DNA of 64,000 bases from Mizuhopecten yessoensis (Eukaryota): assembly GCF_002113885.1 (NCBI RefSeq), contig NW_018404481.1:795322-859321 (forward strand). The letters run 5' to 3'. Both the position numbers and the translations under genes were made by a program. The notes under the pieces are model-generated. The model was not told the DNA's origin. It did not search any database and saw only the letters and a list, made by a program, of their open reading frames with translations. Below are positions 12,828-24,400 of this stretch, piece after piece (the first letter of the stretch is position 1; the number at the start of each line of letters is the position of its first letter).

Positions 12828-14670
12828 GTATGTTAAATTAATTACCTTTTTTTATGTATTTTTTATTGTATCTGTGACAATTGTTTTTATATTTCTGAAT
12901 ATTATCCTATCTCTATAAGGTCATTTCTAGCAATCTTATGACTTTACAGAAAAAATGCTTGACACCAAGATAAACTTATTGATTGACTGATTTTTAATGC
13001 ACTAATAGCAAAGGTCGTTAAACTCTTTTAAATTTTCACGAAATGAAATTCTTGTAATTCATTTATTCATATCTAGCATAACAAGTAGTGAATAACCTAA
13101 CCATTTTGATTTCGACTGGTACAGTTATAACTATAGACAGGCATAGCAATGTTTGTTATTTCTTTATTAGGTAAATGGTATATAATGGTTACTGTGTAAA
13201 ACACATACTATAGAATGTGTACGCATATCAAATTGTATTTAATTACTACATGTCTGGGCCGAGTGGTTAAGACATCTGATCGTCTAAAAACACTAGCCCT
13301 ACACCACTTGGTCGATGGATCGAGGCCTACGTGGGGCAATCACCAGTGACTCGATGTAGGTCGGTGGTTTTTCTCCGGGTACTCCGGTTTTCCTCCTCCA
13401 CTAAAACCTGACTCGTCCCCTTATGACAAGAGCTGTTAATAGTGTGTAAAACACGATCACACCACCCAAAAATAAATGTCTATACAATTAACATGTATCG
13501 AGTTATTCCAATTAACGCATATACATTTGTATTTACTAAGAACATATCCCAAGTGTTTAATAACTTCAACTTAAATACTAGCATCTGCTTAATTTAGTCG
13601 GGACATATGTTATATGTTGGTGTATTTCTTTTCCAAAAAGAGACTGCTCGACTGTTTAATTAGTACGTATGTTATGTTTTGCCGTATTTCGTTCCCGTAA
13701 AAATAATAGTATCTGTTTGTATATTTTGTCAGTACATATGTTAGGTGTTGGCGTGTTTCTTTCCCTTAATAATAGTAGTGTCTGCTTGTCTATTTAGTCA
13801 GTATATATGTTATGTGTTGGCGTATTTTGTTTTACATAATGTTAACTTGTACATGTAGTATGTAAAAATCTTATGTGTAAGCGCATTACACTTTAACAAA
13901 ATGGTATTTGCATCTACGTGTCGGCTTATTACACTTTATATCGTATTCCCTGTTTGTGTTATTTGGTGCACAACAGAGGGTAATCTCTAAACTTTACGAA
14001 AAATGTGTGTCCATAAAAGTTCGCAACAATTGTTTTGTTCATAGGCGCAATGGTAACACAGTCGGGGAGGAGGAATTTCCAGACGAGTACTCGGAAGAAT
14101 GATTCCAAGGTTCGAAGTGCACGACTACCAGCGGTGTCGTTTTCAGCTGGACCAGCAAAGAGCAAGTGTGAGTCACAGAAATGTAATCCTGGCTACAAGA
14201 AGAAGGTAACAGCTAATCCGACGGGAGGTTGTCCTATCGTCAATTGTATAAGAAAGCAACAAGCTTACTGTCCTCCTGTAAATTGTCAAAGCAATCAAAA
14301 GAAAAGCTACAGTGGTAAAAAACTGCCAAATGGCTGCCAGGAGATAAAATGTGTAAACAACCGCCAACCTCAGCGAGCACAGAGGCGGAGGAAAGGGGGT
14401 TGTCCATCGGTGCGTATGTGCACGCCTCGAGAGGAAGGTTACTGCGAGATACCGCGCATCATTTACGTCAACCGCCAGAAGTGTTACCTCTGTCCCGATG
14501 TTGTGAAATGCAACAAACGCAAATGTCCGGATATAAGTCTTTGTCCTTCAGCGAATTTCCAGCTGGACGAATGTCTCATTCCTAGAAAGGATAAAGGAGG
14601 ATGCAAGCAATGCCCTGAGATAACTAAAAATTGTGATCAAATTGGTGGAGTAAGGAAACAACTCGTCTAA
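12770..14670 (+). CDS. Secreted cationic cysteine-rich protein, 227 aa, join(12770..12827,14045..14670), family not recognised
   Basis: Exon 1 encodes a signal-peptide-like MKDLFFIILVVFSSWTFISG ending in a phase-1 donor CAG|GTATGT. Acceptor TTTTGTTCATAG| at 14044 restores the frame of the 211-aa ORF. Total 684 nt = 228 codons. 20 Cys in two repeated patterns. AATAAA at 14873 and 15520. Confidence 0.88.
13254..13465 (+). mobile_element. tRNA-derived SINE, family 1 (V-domain-like core), near full length, intronic
   Basis: Pol III A-box-like GGGCCGAGTGGTTAA, degenerate B box, core GGTTTTTCTCCGGGTACTCCGGTTTTCCTCC. Two more copies occur in the window. Confidence 0.8.
13575..13835. repeat. Degenerate about 62-68-bp tandem repeat, about 4 copies, intronic
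   Basis: Recurring TCTGCTT...AGTACATATGTTATGTGTTGGCGTATTTC. Confidence 0.7.
14045..14670 (+). CDS. Cys-rich secreted protein exon 2 (mature region, stop TAA)
   Basis: Long non-repetitive ORF with higher GC than its flanks and patterned cysteines. Confidence 0.9.
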
Positions 14671-15129
14671 ATCACGAAACGTTCAACACTTTTAATGATG
14701 AGATGATAAGCATCGACATTATACAAGCAGAAATAACACAACGACGAACCTAATAGTCACATACAAAAATATAAGGCTTTAATCCGAACCGATAACAGTG
14801 TATCTCTTAGTGAATGAGATTTGCGTACTGGAACACCAAATAGGGCATTGCAAAGTCTAGAGGGATTACGACAATAAATTGACTATGGTTGTCACCATCA
14901 AGAATGAAAATAACAGGAAAGATTTTGTGTTCACGACGTGATGTGATTTTTTTTTTTCTCTTTTTAGTTATTTCAGGAGTTGACCTTCCATCAATTGATA
15001 GGTGAAAAGGTTTGAGAGGCTAAAATGAACGAAGACTTGAGTAATATGTACGTTTTCAAGGCGACGAAATCACCACAGCATAGCGTACGAAATCTCAGGA
15101 ATATGCACATTTTCTAATGAAGGAACACT

Positions 15130-15360
15130 GATACGTTACAAACATTGCCTCGACGATCGTATACACGCTGCCAAGGCGCTCGTAATGTTTCTGTACGTTA
15201 TAAACTCTGCCTAGACGCTCGTACCTTGATGTACGCTACACACACTGCCTAGACGATCGTACATTGAAATACATAACAGACACTGTCTGGGAGCTCGTTA
15301 TGTTGATCTACGTAATAAACACAGCGTAGGTGCTCGTACATAGATGTACGTTACAAGCAC
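15130..15360. repeat. Degenerate about 38-40-bp tandem repeat, about 6 copies
   Basis: Recurring TACGTTACAAACACTGCCTAGACGCTCGTA. Confidence 0.7.
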
Positions 15361-18300
15361 ATATTAAACAATGAGAATGTATTTTTAAAAACTGCATGAC
15401 ATTGAAGATAATGATGGTATCGCTCAATTTAGACATTTTTCATAATTGTGGCCGTACATGTTCGAGAAGCAATGTATATTTTAAAAATCTGTTTTTTCTT
15501 TTCGTTTTATTTAAAATTGAATAAACTGAAGTCCAAACACGATACCAAAGGTTTTTTTAATATTGGTTATATGTTGGATGGATAACATTGGCGCTTAAGA
15601 ATTAATGTTATTTATTTATGTGAAATTAAAGCAAAACTTTCTATCTTTTTCAGCACGTAAATTAAAAGATATTTTTTCCCTGATATTAAATAAAAGTTCT
15701 ATTTATCCAAAGAAGATCATCTGGTTACAATATATGAAATATTATTATATCACTGTCGTGTTGTGTGCCGTTTTAGGTACATGACCGGAATATATACAGG
15801 TGTTGAAGGTGTATTGGCCCTTCTATAGGGACAAGAACAAGCCAAATGTTCAAGTAACAATATCTTATCTTTCTGCATTATTCTCCAGTGTTTGACACAT
15901 TCGTAGGTTGGTTACATAAAATTTAATAACATGATACTCATGTTTATATATATCAATTAATACTTCAATCAAAAAGGTAGATATACCTATCACTTGTATT
16001 ATTTTGTATTTACATCTTTCATGAATTTTAAATGACGATATAAACAGTGAATAAATACATGAAACATCAATAATTGTTTGATCTTTTCGGTTTAACCGTG
16101 CCACTAACCTGCGCTCTTATTTCTTATCAACATAAAAAATCTAGCATTACTTATTTTTCATATCTAGCAAAAGTGATTAAACTTCCGTTAATACCACGCT
16201 CAGGAAGTTAAACGTATCAAAGACATTAAATAAAAAGGACGATAAATATATTTTCCTACGTGCCGTACAGAAATTGGATTTTTTCCATAATGTTAAGCAT
16301 GCGCAAACCCGTACGATGTAATGGGGATGTCGTGATCGACCAAGCAAGCAAACATAATCGACAGGAACGGTAAAAGCTGGAGGCGAAAGTGTACATCAAT
16401 GAAGATATATATGTGTTCTGCTCTCGTGATACCTCGTGAATTCTCGTATGCATAATAATAACGTAAACATTGCCTCAACTATGCTTCTTGTGAAATATGG
16501 AGCAGTCGGGAAAAGGCTTATACAAAATTAGTCATTGAAATTTTAAATCTTTTCAAACCAATATAATAATAGTATTTTGGGAATTTCATGACTCCAATTT
16601 TAACCACAGTTTTTATGACAGATTGAAGCACGGTAACTCTTTAACATTTAGATACTGACAGCCAATAGGGATTTGACAAACATGATACACCGTATACTAT
16701 CTAATGATAAAGCTATCCTGATTGTTTTTAAATGCTGACAGAACAATGAATTGGCAAATATAGTACAATTAATGATGCATTTTATACACAACAAAACAGG
16801 AATAAACAATCAAAACTTAATTAAATCTAAAGTAATATGTGCAGGTTAAAATGAAATTACCTTTTACTTGCTCTGTTAATAAATCTAACTACACTTTAGT
16901 TTATTACAATTATTTCTTTTTACAAAAGAAATTAATTAAAACAAAACAAACCCACTTAAGATTAAAACAAAGAGAATGGCGAACCCAGGGTTTGAGCTAT
17001 CTCAAGATGGTTACTTAGATGAAGTTGTGGGGCGATCCCCGGGGCTTGAGCGATCCAAAGTTGTGGAGTGGGTAGCTAGTAGCAGGCGGCCCTGTGAATA
17101 GGTCTGATGCTGAAACTGAACTGAACTGACTGAAGACGTTGTCACTCGGGGTAATCCCTTTAAGCTTGAATAACCATTCGGCAATCAGGTTATGTTACTA
17201 GGGATATATACTGCAATCAAATATAGCAGCAGAGATCAGCTGGTAAATGTTGTGTATAAACAATTATTTAGGTAAACCAAAATGCACATTTATTATAATT
17301 AATAATTTTTAAATAGTGACAGTAAACGGCGAATTGATACACTTGATGATATAAGTTATTTACTATTTTTGACCTTTGTTTAAAAAAAAAAAAAGTTTTA
17401 TTATTCTGACCTTTATTTATAATTAGAAAACTGAAAAAGAGATTTTCTGGTTACTTCTTATCGAAATCACATATAATGTAAATTTCTAGAATCGTGCAAG
17501 GCAAACAAGGGAATAGGATTTAATCAAACAACCATTTGTGAGACAATCTTCTCAGATGTAATCACAGCAAACGGCAGACCAAATGTATGGCCTTTGATCT
17601 CTCGGTTATAGAAATATGGAAGATGATTTAACAGGAAAATTGACAACGGAGTACGGCAGATGCCGCGTCATACCATATGAGCTAAAAATAATACCCAAAT
17701 ATTGCAACCTATTAATGTCTATTTCAACTGAACTCGGACTCAACGCTTACAAACCTGCTTATCAGTTACGTCATCTAGCCCCAATGTGATATTACATGGA
17801 AATATCCCAAAATAATGTATTTATCACCGCGTTTAATGACGTCACAACTGTGTGACACCATGCTGATATTAATACGCTACTTTGTTTCAAGCGGAGAATT
17901 TGAATCGCAAAAGAAATCATATCAGTTCTATTTCTCATATTTTCAAATTTTATTTTTTCACTGCAGCTCGTTAATTTGTTTTATATTTTATTTTTATTTT
18001 TTAAATAAAGTCATTCCATCATTATCTCAATTGTCAAATAGACGTCCGTGAAAAATACGTTCTTAAACATTTTGATTAAATAGTGTTTGTGTAGCTATCA
18101 TACCAATATTGGTGCCAAGATGGCTTGCATAGTGTACGACTGCAAGGGGATTGCGTTAACCCTGTGCAAATGTTTGTCGTACACAAGCTGCAAAGTATAA
18201 CATTATTGATTTTCTTTTTAGTGTCAAATATAATGTTCTTAAATAATCGTCTTCTCTATATGATTTATATAACATATTACTGTCGGAAAACCAAATGTAA

Positions 18301-18378
18301 AACATCCTTTATATATCTACAGGTGTATGTATATCAAATATAAAATTGATCCAAAGGTTATGCTTGAATGAACACCAG

Positions 18379-18602
18379 GGCCCAGTTGTTCAAAAGATGA
18401 TTAGCTTAATCACTGTTTAACGACATTTTCAACCTTTGATAATTTCGATAAAAACTTGTAATTTTACACGTACATTTACTCTACTTAATACTTGATATCT
18501 GGGTAGTTTGAACTCGGTTGATTATTGCATCTCAAAGATACAAAAAAATCGAAATTTGCGCTAATCACTGGTTAAGCTAATCACCCTTTGAACAACTGGG
18601 CC
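18379..18602. mobile_element. PIF/Harbinger-like MITE, copy 1
   Basis: TIR GGCCCAGTTGTTCAAA..TGATTAGCTTAA at both ends, 3-bp TSD CAG (18376-78 and 18603-05). Confidence 0.85.
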
Positions 18603-19095
18603 CAGCTGGTTCCTCTATAATCATATAACTACCAAAAAACGAGAAATCACTCATTAAAAAGCCTTTATGAATTAAACGGATCCTCCGTACATGTACAATG
18701 AAACTCGATATTGTGCCACCATTTGGCGATAAATCGAGGGCAACATATAAAGGAATCCTTAAAACGAACAGAAAATAGACCTTGAACTATTTTAATGGTA
18801 AGCGAGCTGGAAAATGGAACGAAATGCATTAGATCGGGGTTATACTGCATGTTTTATTGTTATAACGAAACAAAAGTCATTGTATCGAGGTTATACTACA
18901 TATCATATTACTACCGAACATCTGAAGGTCCCTCTTATGTCATAGATGCACCATACATCAGGTAAATTCTTATTATACAAGGTAGGTGTATAACATGAAT
19001 CCAGTTTATATACATGTACTTTATCAGTTTAACATTTACTCCACTTGTATTACCATGAAATCTTATTAAGATGCCCGAGTTAAAAAAAGACACAA

Positions 19096-20003
19096 GTGTA
19101 ACGTTGATAATGGACCCCCGTGAAAAATGGAACCGGGGTCAGTTTTCAACGTTGAAAATTGAACCGGTAAAACCGTGGAAAAAGGAACCTAACTAAATTT
19201 TATTTCAACATACTTTGAAAATGGACCTAGTTAAAAAGTGACCAATATAAGCCATTGATATTGATTAAAAATATCGAATTAGATTTTACTTAATGAAGTC
19301 ATGTGATCTATTTCGAAAACAATTGCCTTCACTAAGAAAATTTTATTCAGTTCAGAATTAACCCAGTATGAGTATTTGACCTTATTAGGTCAGAGACCTA
19401 ATTTTGGAAATTTGACCTACATTATAAACAATTGTCATATAGTTAAAAAATTAACATCAAATTGTTGTTTGGCCAAATTGGATGACTATGACTTAGTTTT
19501 CAAGATTTGACCTACATTATCAAAAGTCGTCACATGACTCAGAAAATTAACAGTTGTAAGACAAGATAGGTCACTGTGACCTAATTTTCAAAATTTGAAT
19601 GATCACAGGTGTAAGAAATTAACATTTCTGCACCCAACGATAATTTTTAATAATGTAGGTCAATTTTTCGGAAGAATGTCACAGTGACCTAATCAGGTAA
19701 AACAAAATTATGAGTCCATTTCTGAACCCCATGATAATTTCTTTTATATAATGTCAAACATTGAGAGGTCAAAGTGACATGATTTGGTCGGTCGATGGAT
19801 GTCAAGGTAAGAAATGATATGACTAAGTTCAAGGTGAGCTAATAATAATAGGAATCTAATACGGGTCCGTTTTCCAAGGTAAATGTTAACGATCTACATG
19901 TGAAAACATTACCACTTACGGGGTCCATTTTCAACGGGGAGTCAGTTTTCCATATCATACAAGTTTAATTTTCAATGGGGGTCCATTTTCAACGTTACAC
20001 CGG
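19096..20003. mobile_element. Non-autonomous TIR DNA element (about 0.9 kb) with subterminal repeats
   Basis: Left end GTGTAACGTTGATAATGGACCCC and right end GGGGTCCATTTTCAACGTTACAC are inverted. GAAAATGGACC-like motifs repeat near both ends. Confidence 0.8.
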
Positions 20004-20004
20004 C

Positions 20005-20119
20005 CTCGAAAGTAAGCCAAGGATTCCTTGCAGTTAAACAAATTTCGATAATAAGCCGTCTTAGAAAATAGTCCGAAAAAATTAAATAAGCTGCGCCTTA
20101 TTATCGAGATTTTGGGGTA
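20005..20119. mobile_element. Right end of a MITE family also present at 60354..60836
   Basis: Shares AAAGTAAGCC..GGATTCCTTGCAGT and terminal TTATCGAGATTTTGGGGTA with the 60.4-kb element. Confidence 0.7.
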
Positions 20120-20505
20120 TGCAAACAGTTGTATATGTTATGTACAATATACAAACAGTTTGGTATGTTATATACAATATACAAACAGTCTGGTATGGTG
20201 TATATAATATTCAAACAGTTTGGTATGTTATATATAATATTCAAACAGTTTGGTATGTTATAAATAATATACAAACAGTTTGGTATGTTATATACAATAT
20301 ACAAACAGTTTGGTATGTTATATATAATATACAAACAGTTTGGTATGTAACATATAATATACAAACAGTTTGGTATGTTATATACAATATACAAACAGTT
20401 TGGTACGTTTTATACAACATACAAACAGTTTGGTATGCTATATACAATAACCAACAGTTTGTTATGTTACATACAATATACAAATCGTTTGTTATGCTAT
20501 GTATA
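20120..20505. repeat. 30-bp minisatellite (TATACAATATACAAACAGTTTGGTATGTTA), about 13 copies
   Basis: Direct periodicity. Confidence 0.95.
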
Positions 20506-21352
20506 ATGTTCTGTATTCTATCCACTCATTTGGTTTCTTAAACATATTTAAGAAGCCGCAAACAAATATTTTTGAATCACGGTTATATCAATCTGAGAAA
20601 AATGACGTTCAACATGATTAAGTCGTTCAAAATATCTAAAACAGACATCCAAATTAAATATTATTAACTGCAGAACCGAGTTCAGAATTCTGATATAAAC
20701 AAAAAGCTGGGAGTTCCCTTCTACAGAACTTAAGCAAATTCGCTTGCCGAAATACATCTCTTCAAAACGAATCATAATGTATACCGCGAAATGTTCGCCT
20801 AATCATACTTTCGCCCATAGCCCATGGATTCAATTTTTGCCCTGTGTTTATTTCGCCCTTATTTGACTACTATGTTTTTATGCTGTTTACTTATTTTCAC
20901 CGTAATGATAAATACGCCCTCTTTAATGAGGGCGAAAAAGGCGAAAATTAAACTGCAGCGAAAATGTCCCGGCATACAGCATTTCTGGTCAATTTCGTAA
21001 GTTATAACGTACTTTGTTAGCCATACTTAGGCCTACTACCACTACTTTTGAGATAGGAAGACTCGAGCATCACAATTTGCTCCTAGCACATTAACCTTCG
21101 CTTAACTACTTATGTCCGAGCACATTCGTCCAAGGACTACGTTTTTCGTTATAGGTGCGTTCAATAAAATATGCTCTTTGACCGCGATTGCACCACACTG
21201 AGACATTGAACTAAAATTGTCCAAGGAACAGATTATTTGTATGCGGTAAACAAAACATATAACAAGGAGAAAGTTCAAACAATTCCGACAGGGCGCATCC
21301 AACAGCATGTATTATACCACCAGAGTGACTACCACGTGAGCGCTTAGCGGGG

Positions 21353-21412
21353 TTACTGATACAGGTCCGATAAAGCCTTATACATACAGCAGGAGAGAAC
21401 GATACCTAGGAG
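21353..21412 (-). CDS. Tetraspanin A exon 7: LLGIVLSCCMYKALSDLYQ*
   Basis: TTTCAG acceptor, end of TM4 with juxtamembrane CC, stop TAA. Confidence 0.9.
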   Translation of the reverse strand, partial: LLGIVLSCCMYKALSDLYQ

Positions 21413-24400
21413 CTGAAATTAGAACAAGTAATATTTAGTCGATTTAATGGTTTAAAGCGATAATAAGTATTAAATCCAAATAGGTATAAACTGTCACATG
21501 ACTGAATCACAAGATTAGTCTGAAGCCCCCTACTGATCTCAATAAGGGCTGAAGAAAGCAACCAGGAGGGCGCCGAAAGTTGCTCATGAGTATTCAGTTG
21601 AAAGATTCTGTTAAACGTTGGTTTAATAAAGGTGTTAACTGCTGTTGAAACAGAAGGGGAGGAGCATGAAAACCTTTAATAAAATAATTTTAAAATTTCA
21701 GAAGACTGATATTTATACTGTTAAAACATTTAAACTAAAACGTAACAATCACCATATTGTTTACTACTTAAAGTTGAAATGAAATGAAATTCAAACTGTT
21801 GGCAATCAAAATTAAAAACTGAACCTCAATAATCAGCCTACTATTAACCATCAAAAAATAAAGCAGCATTTATATAAATCAATAGATGAATCTCCATATT
21901 CATCATGCATTTAACTATTTTTAGTTGAAATACAGCAATATGTTAACGGTAGTAGGTAATCATTCCTTACTAAGCTGACATATCCAATTAAGCTCCACAA
22001 TAAGAAACATCTACATCTTTTTATAGATGATACTTTTAATTTGTTTGATTTATTACTGACACAAAGGTGCAAATGGTTGAAAAGCGATCACAAGTATTCA
22101 ATAATTAGATTATGCAAATTTCACAACAAATATATGATGTGTAAGTTAGTTGATAACCTTTATATCGACACAATCCAATTATCAAACGATAAACTAATAA
22201 AAAGGACTGTTAAGGTTGTATTTGAATTTTTAATATTATTGTATTCCCCCGAGCCAAAACTTATATATAATATACTTATAAGTATATACATATACATATA
22301 TAAATAACTGTGAACCTTGAACTGTCAGGGTTAAATATTTATTGATCGTGTATCATTGTAACGGTATACAAACAAGGGTCCAAGTGTAATATTTTGCATG
22401 ACTCAATGCAATCATTTTTCTGTTAAGATTATAGACAAAAAATGAAAAGGTCTTTTGTTCAATTTATAACGATAGTGTCCATTGAAAACGTTTTGAAAAT
22501 TACCTGAAATGAGGAAAATACGAACGCACCCCATCCAAATATCAACAGCTTACTTTTGAGCCAATCTTTTAACACAACATTGCATCCCTAGAAACAAAAC
22601 AAAAACGGTAATATATATCATTGCCATCATTACAAAACATTATGCATATTCGAAAAGACCTATGATATTGAATCAGTTCAATAAATGGTCGAGCATATAT
22701 ATGCATCAACTCTTTGAATGAACTATGCATGCTTTTGTAAGTTGTCGTTTCTCGGATGCTTAACAAAACAAATTAACCTCTTTGAACAACATTGCTTATA
22801 GCTTATCTATGATATCTCCTTGAGTGTGTCAATTCGAGGACTTACTTTAGTATATACCCTGCTTAGATCTGGTGGTATGCCCTTTGGTACGTTACATGAC
22901 ACGTCCGCTGGATCATGGCAACATGAAGTCGGCAGCACTTCACGCCCTCTACCGTCCGATAAGGTGACATCGCGGTAATACAGAGTTGACCGCCAGTCCA
23001 TATAATCACGATACCCACAGCAATACAACTACAACCGACAAATTTAAACCAGCAGTGACATCCACAGCAAAACGATAAAAAGCACAACCTTAAACGTTTG
23101 AAAGCGTTTAAGTTAAGTTTATATACAGAATAAATCATTTAAAGTAGTCTGAAACAATATCTTACACTGAATCACATTTTTGGGGTTAATACTGCAATCG
23201 AGGGATATGATACGAAACATAACTGCTCGAAGCTTGATCAATATTTGAAGACCACTCAAAAAGTTTACAACTTCGGAAAACTGCAAACACCAAACAAAAT
23301 GTTGAAATACTTAAACTAAACAGAAAGGCATTGAAAATTACCAAAATATGCACTCTGATAAGAAACGAATACAGGATTCTCGGATGTCTTATTTTTATGC
23401 AAATTAGCTTTGTTAGGGTGTTTTATTTCAGGTGTAATACTTGAAATAGTATAGTTAAACAGAGGGATTATGCATATACTATTATGTTTGTGTATTAAGT
23501 AAAACTTTGATACAAATATAATACTTCTTATCCAAAACAGAAATTTGGTTAGAAGATCGTAAGGTTTTTTTGTCATAAAATAAAGTATAAATGTATTTCC
23601 CTTTTATTTTCCATATTAAGAACAACAAGACGAACCTGGATAAAACCTCCACTTAGTATTAACTCATTAAGTATTTTTTGTTTAATTTCAAGTATTTGTG
23701 ACTTAATTAATGCATTCATGTATTTATATATGCAAATGCATTTATTCCAAGACATTTCTATATATCAATAGATTCATTATTCTATTGTTCATTCATTTCA
23801 CGGATAAGTCATTCATTCAACTTTTTGCTAATTCATGATTTCCACATCCTCCCAATTGATTGATCTTACATGTTATAGATAATGGTTATATGGGCGTTAT
23901 AAGCTTAGTCAAGTGTTACACTGTCAAACATTATATATAACATCACAAATAAGATACTCTTACTCAGTATGAATACATGTATGTATCATGTCGTTCCATT
24001 AGGTGAAGTTAGTTTTTAGAATGACTATCCTTGACATGTAAATAGATAATGTACGTTTTTTTTGAAACAGTGCAAATACAGAAATAATCAGGATATGTCC
24101 CTTTCAATACGATTTGCCAGTATACATAACAGTATACATAACAGTATACATAACAGTATACATAACAGTATACATAACAGTATACATAACAGTATACATA
24201 ACAGTATACATAACAGTATACATAACAGTATACATAACAGTATACATAACAGTATACATAACAGTATACATAACAGTATACATAACAGTATACATAACAG
24301 TATACATAACAGTATACATAACAGTATACATAACAGTATACATAACAGGAAATGTTTTGAATAACCTACACCAACTCACATTTACCCCAAATAGATAGTC

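Noticed and set aside
20101-24398. Repetitive ORFs (YNIQTVWYVI, HNSI, YITV)
   Set aside because: Translations of the 30-bp and 12-bp tandem repeats.
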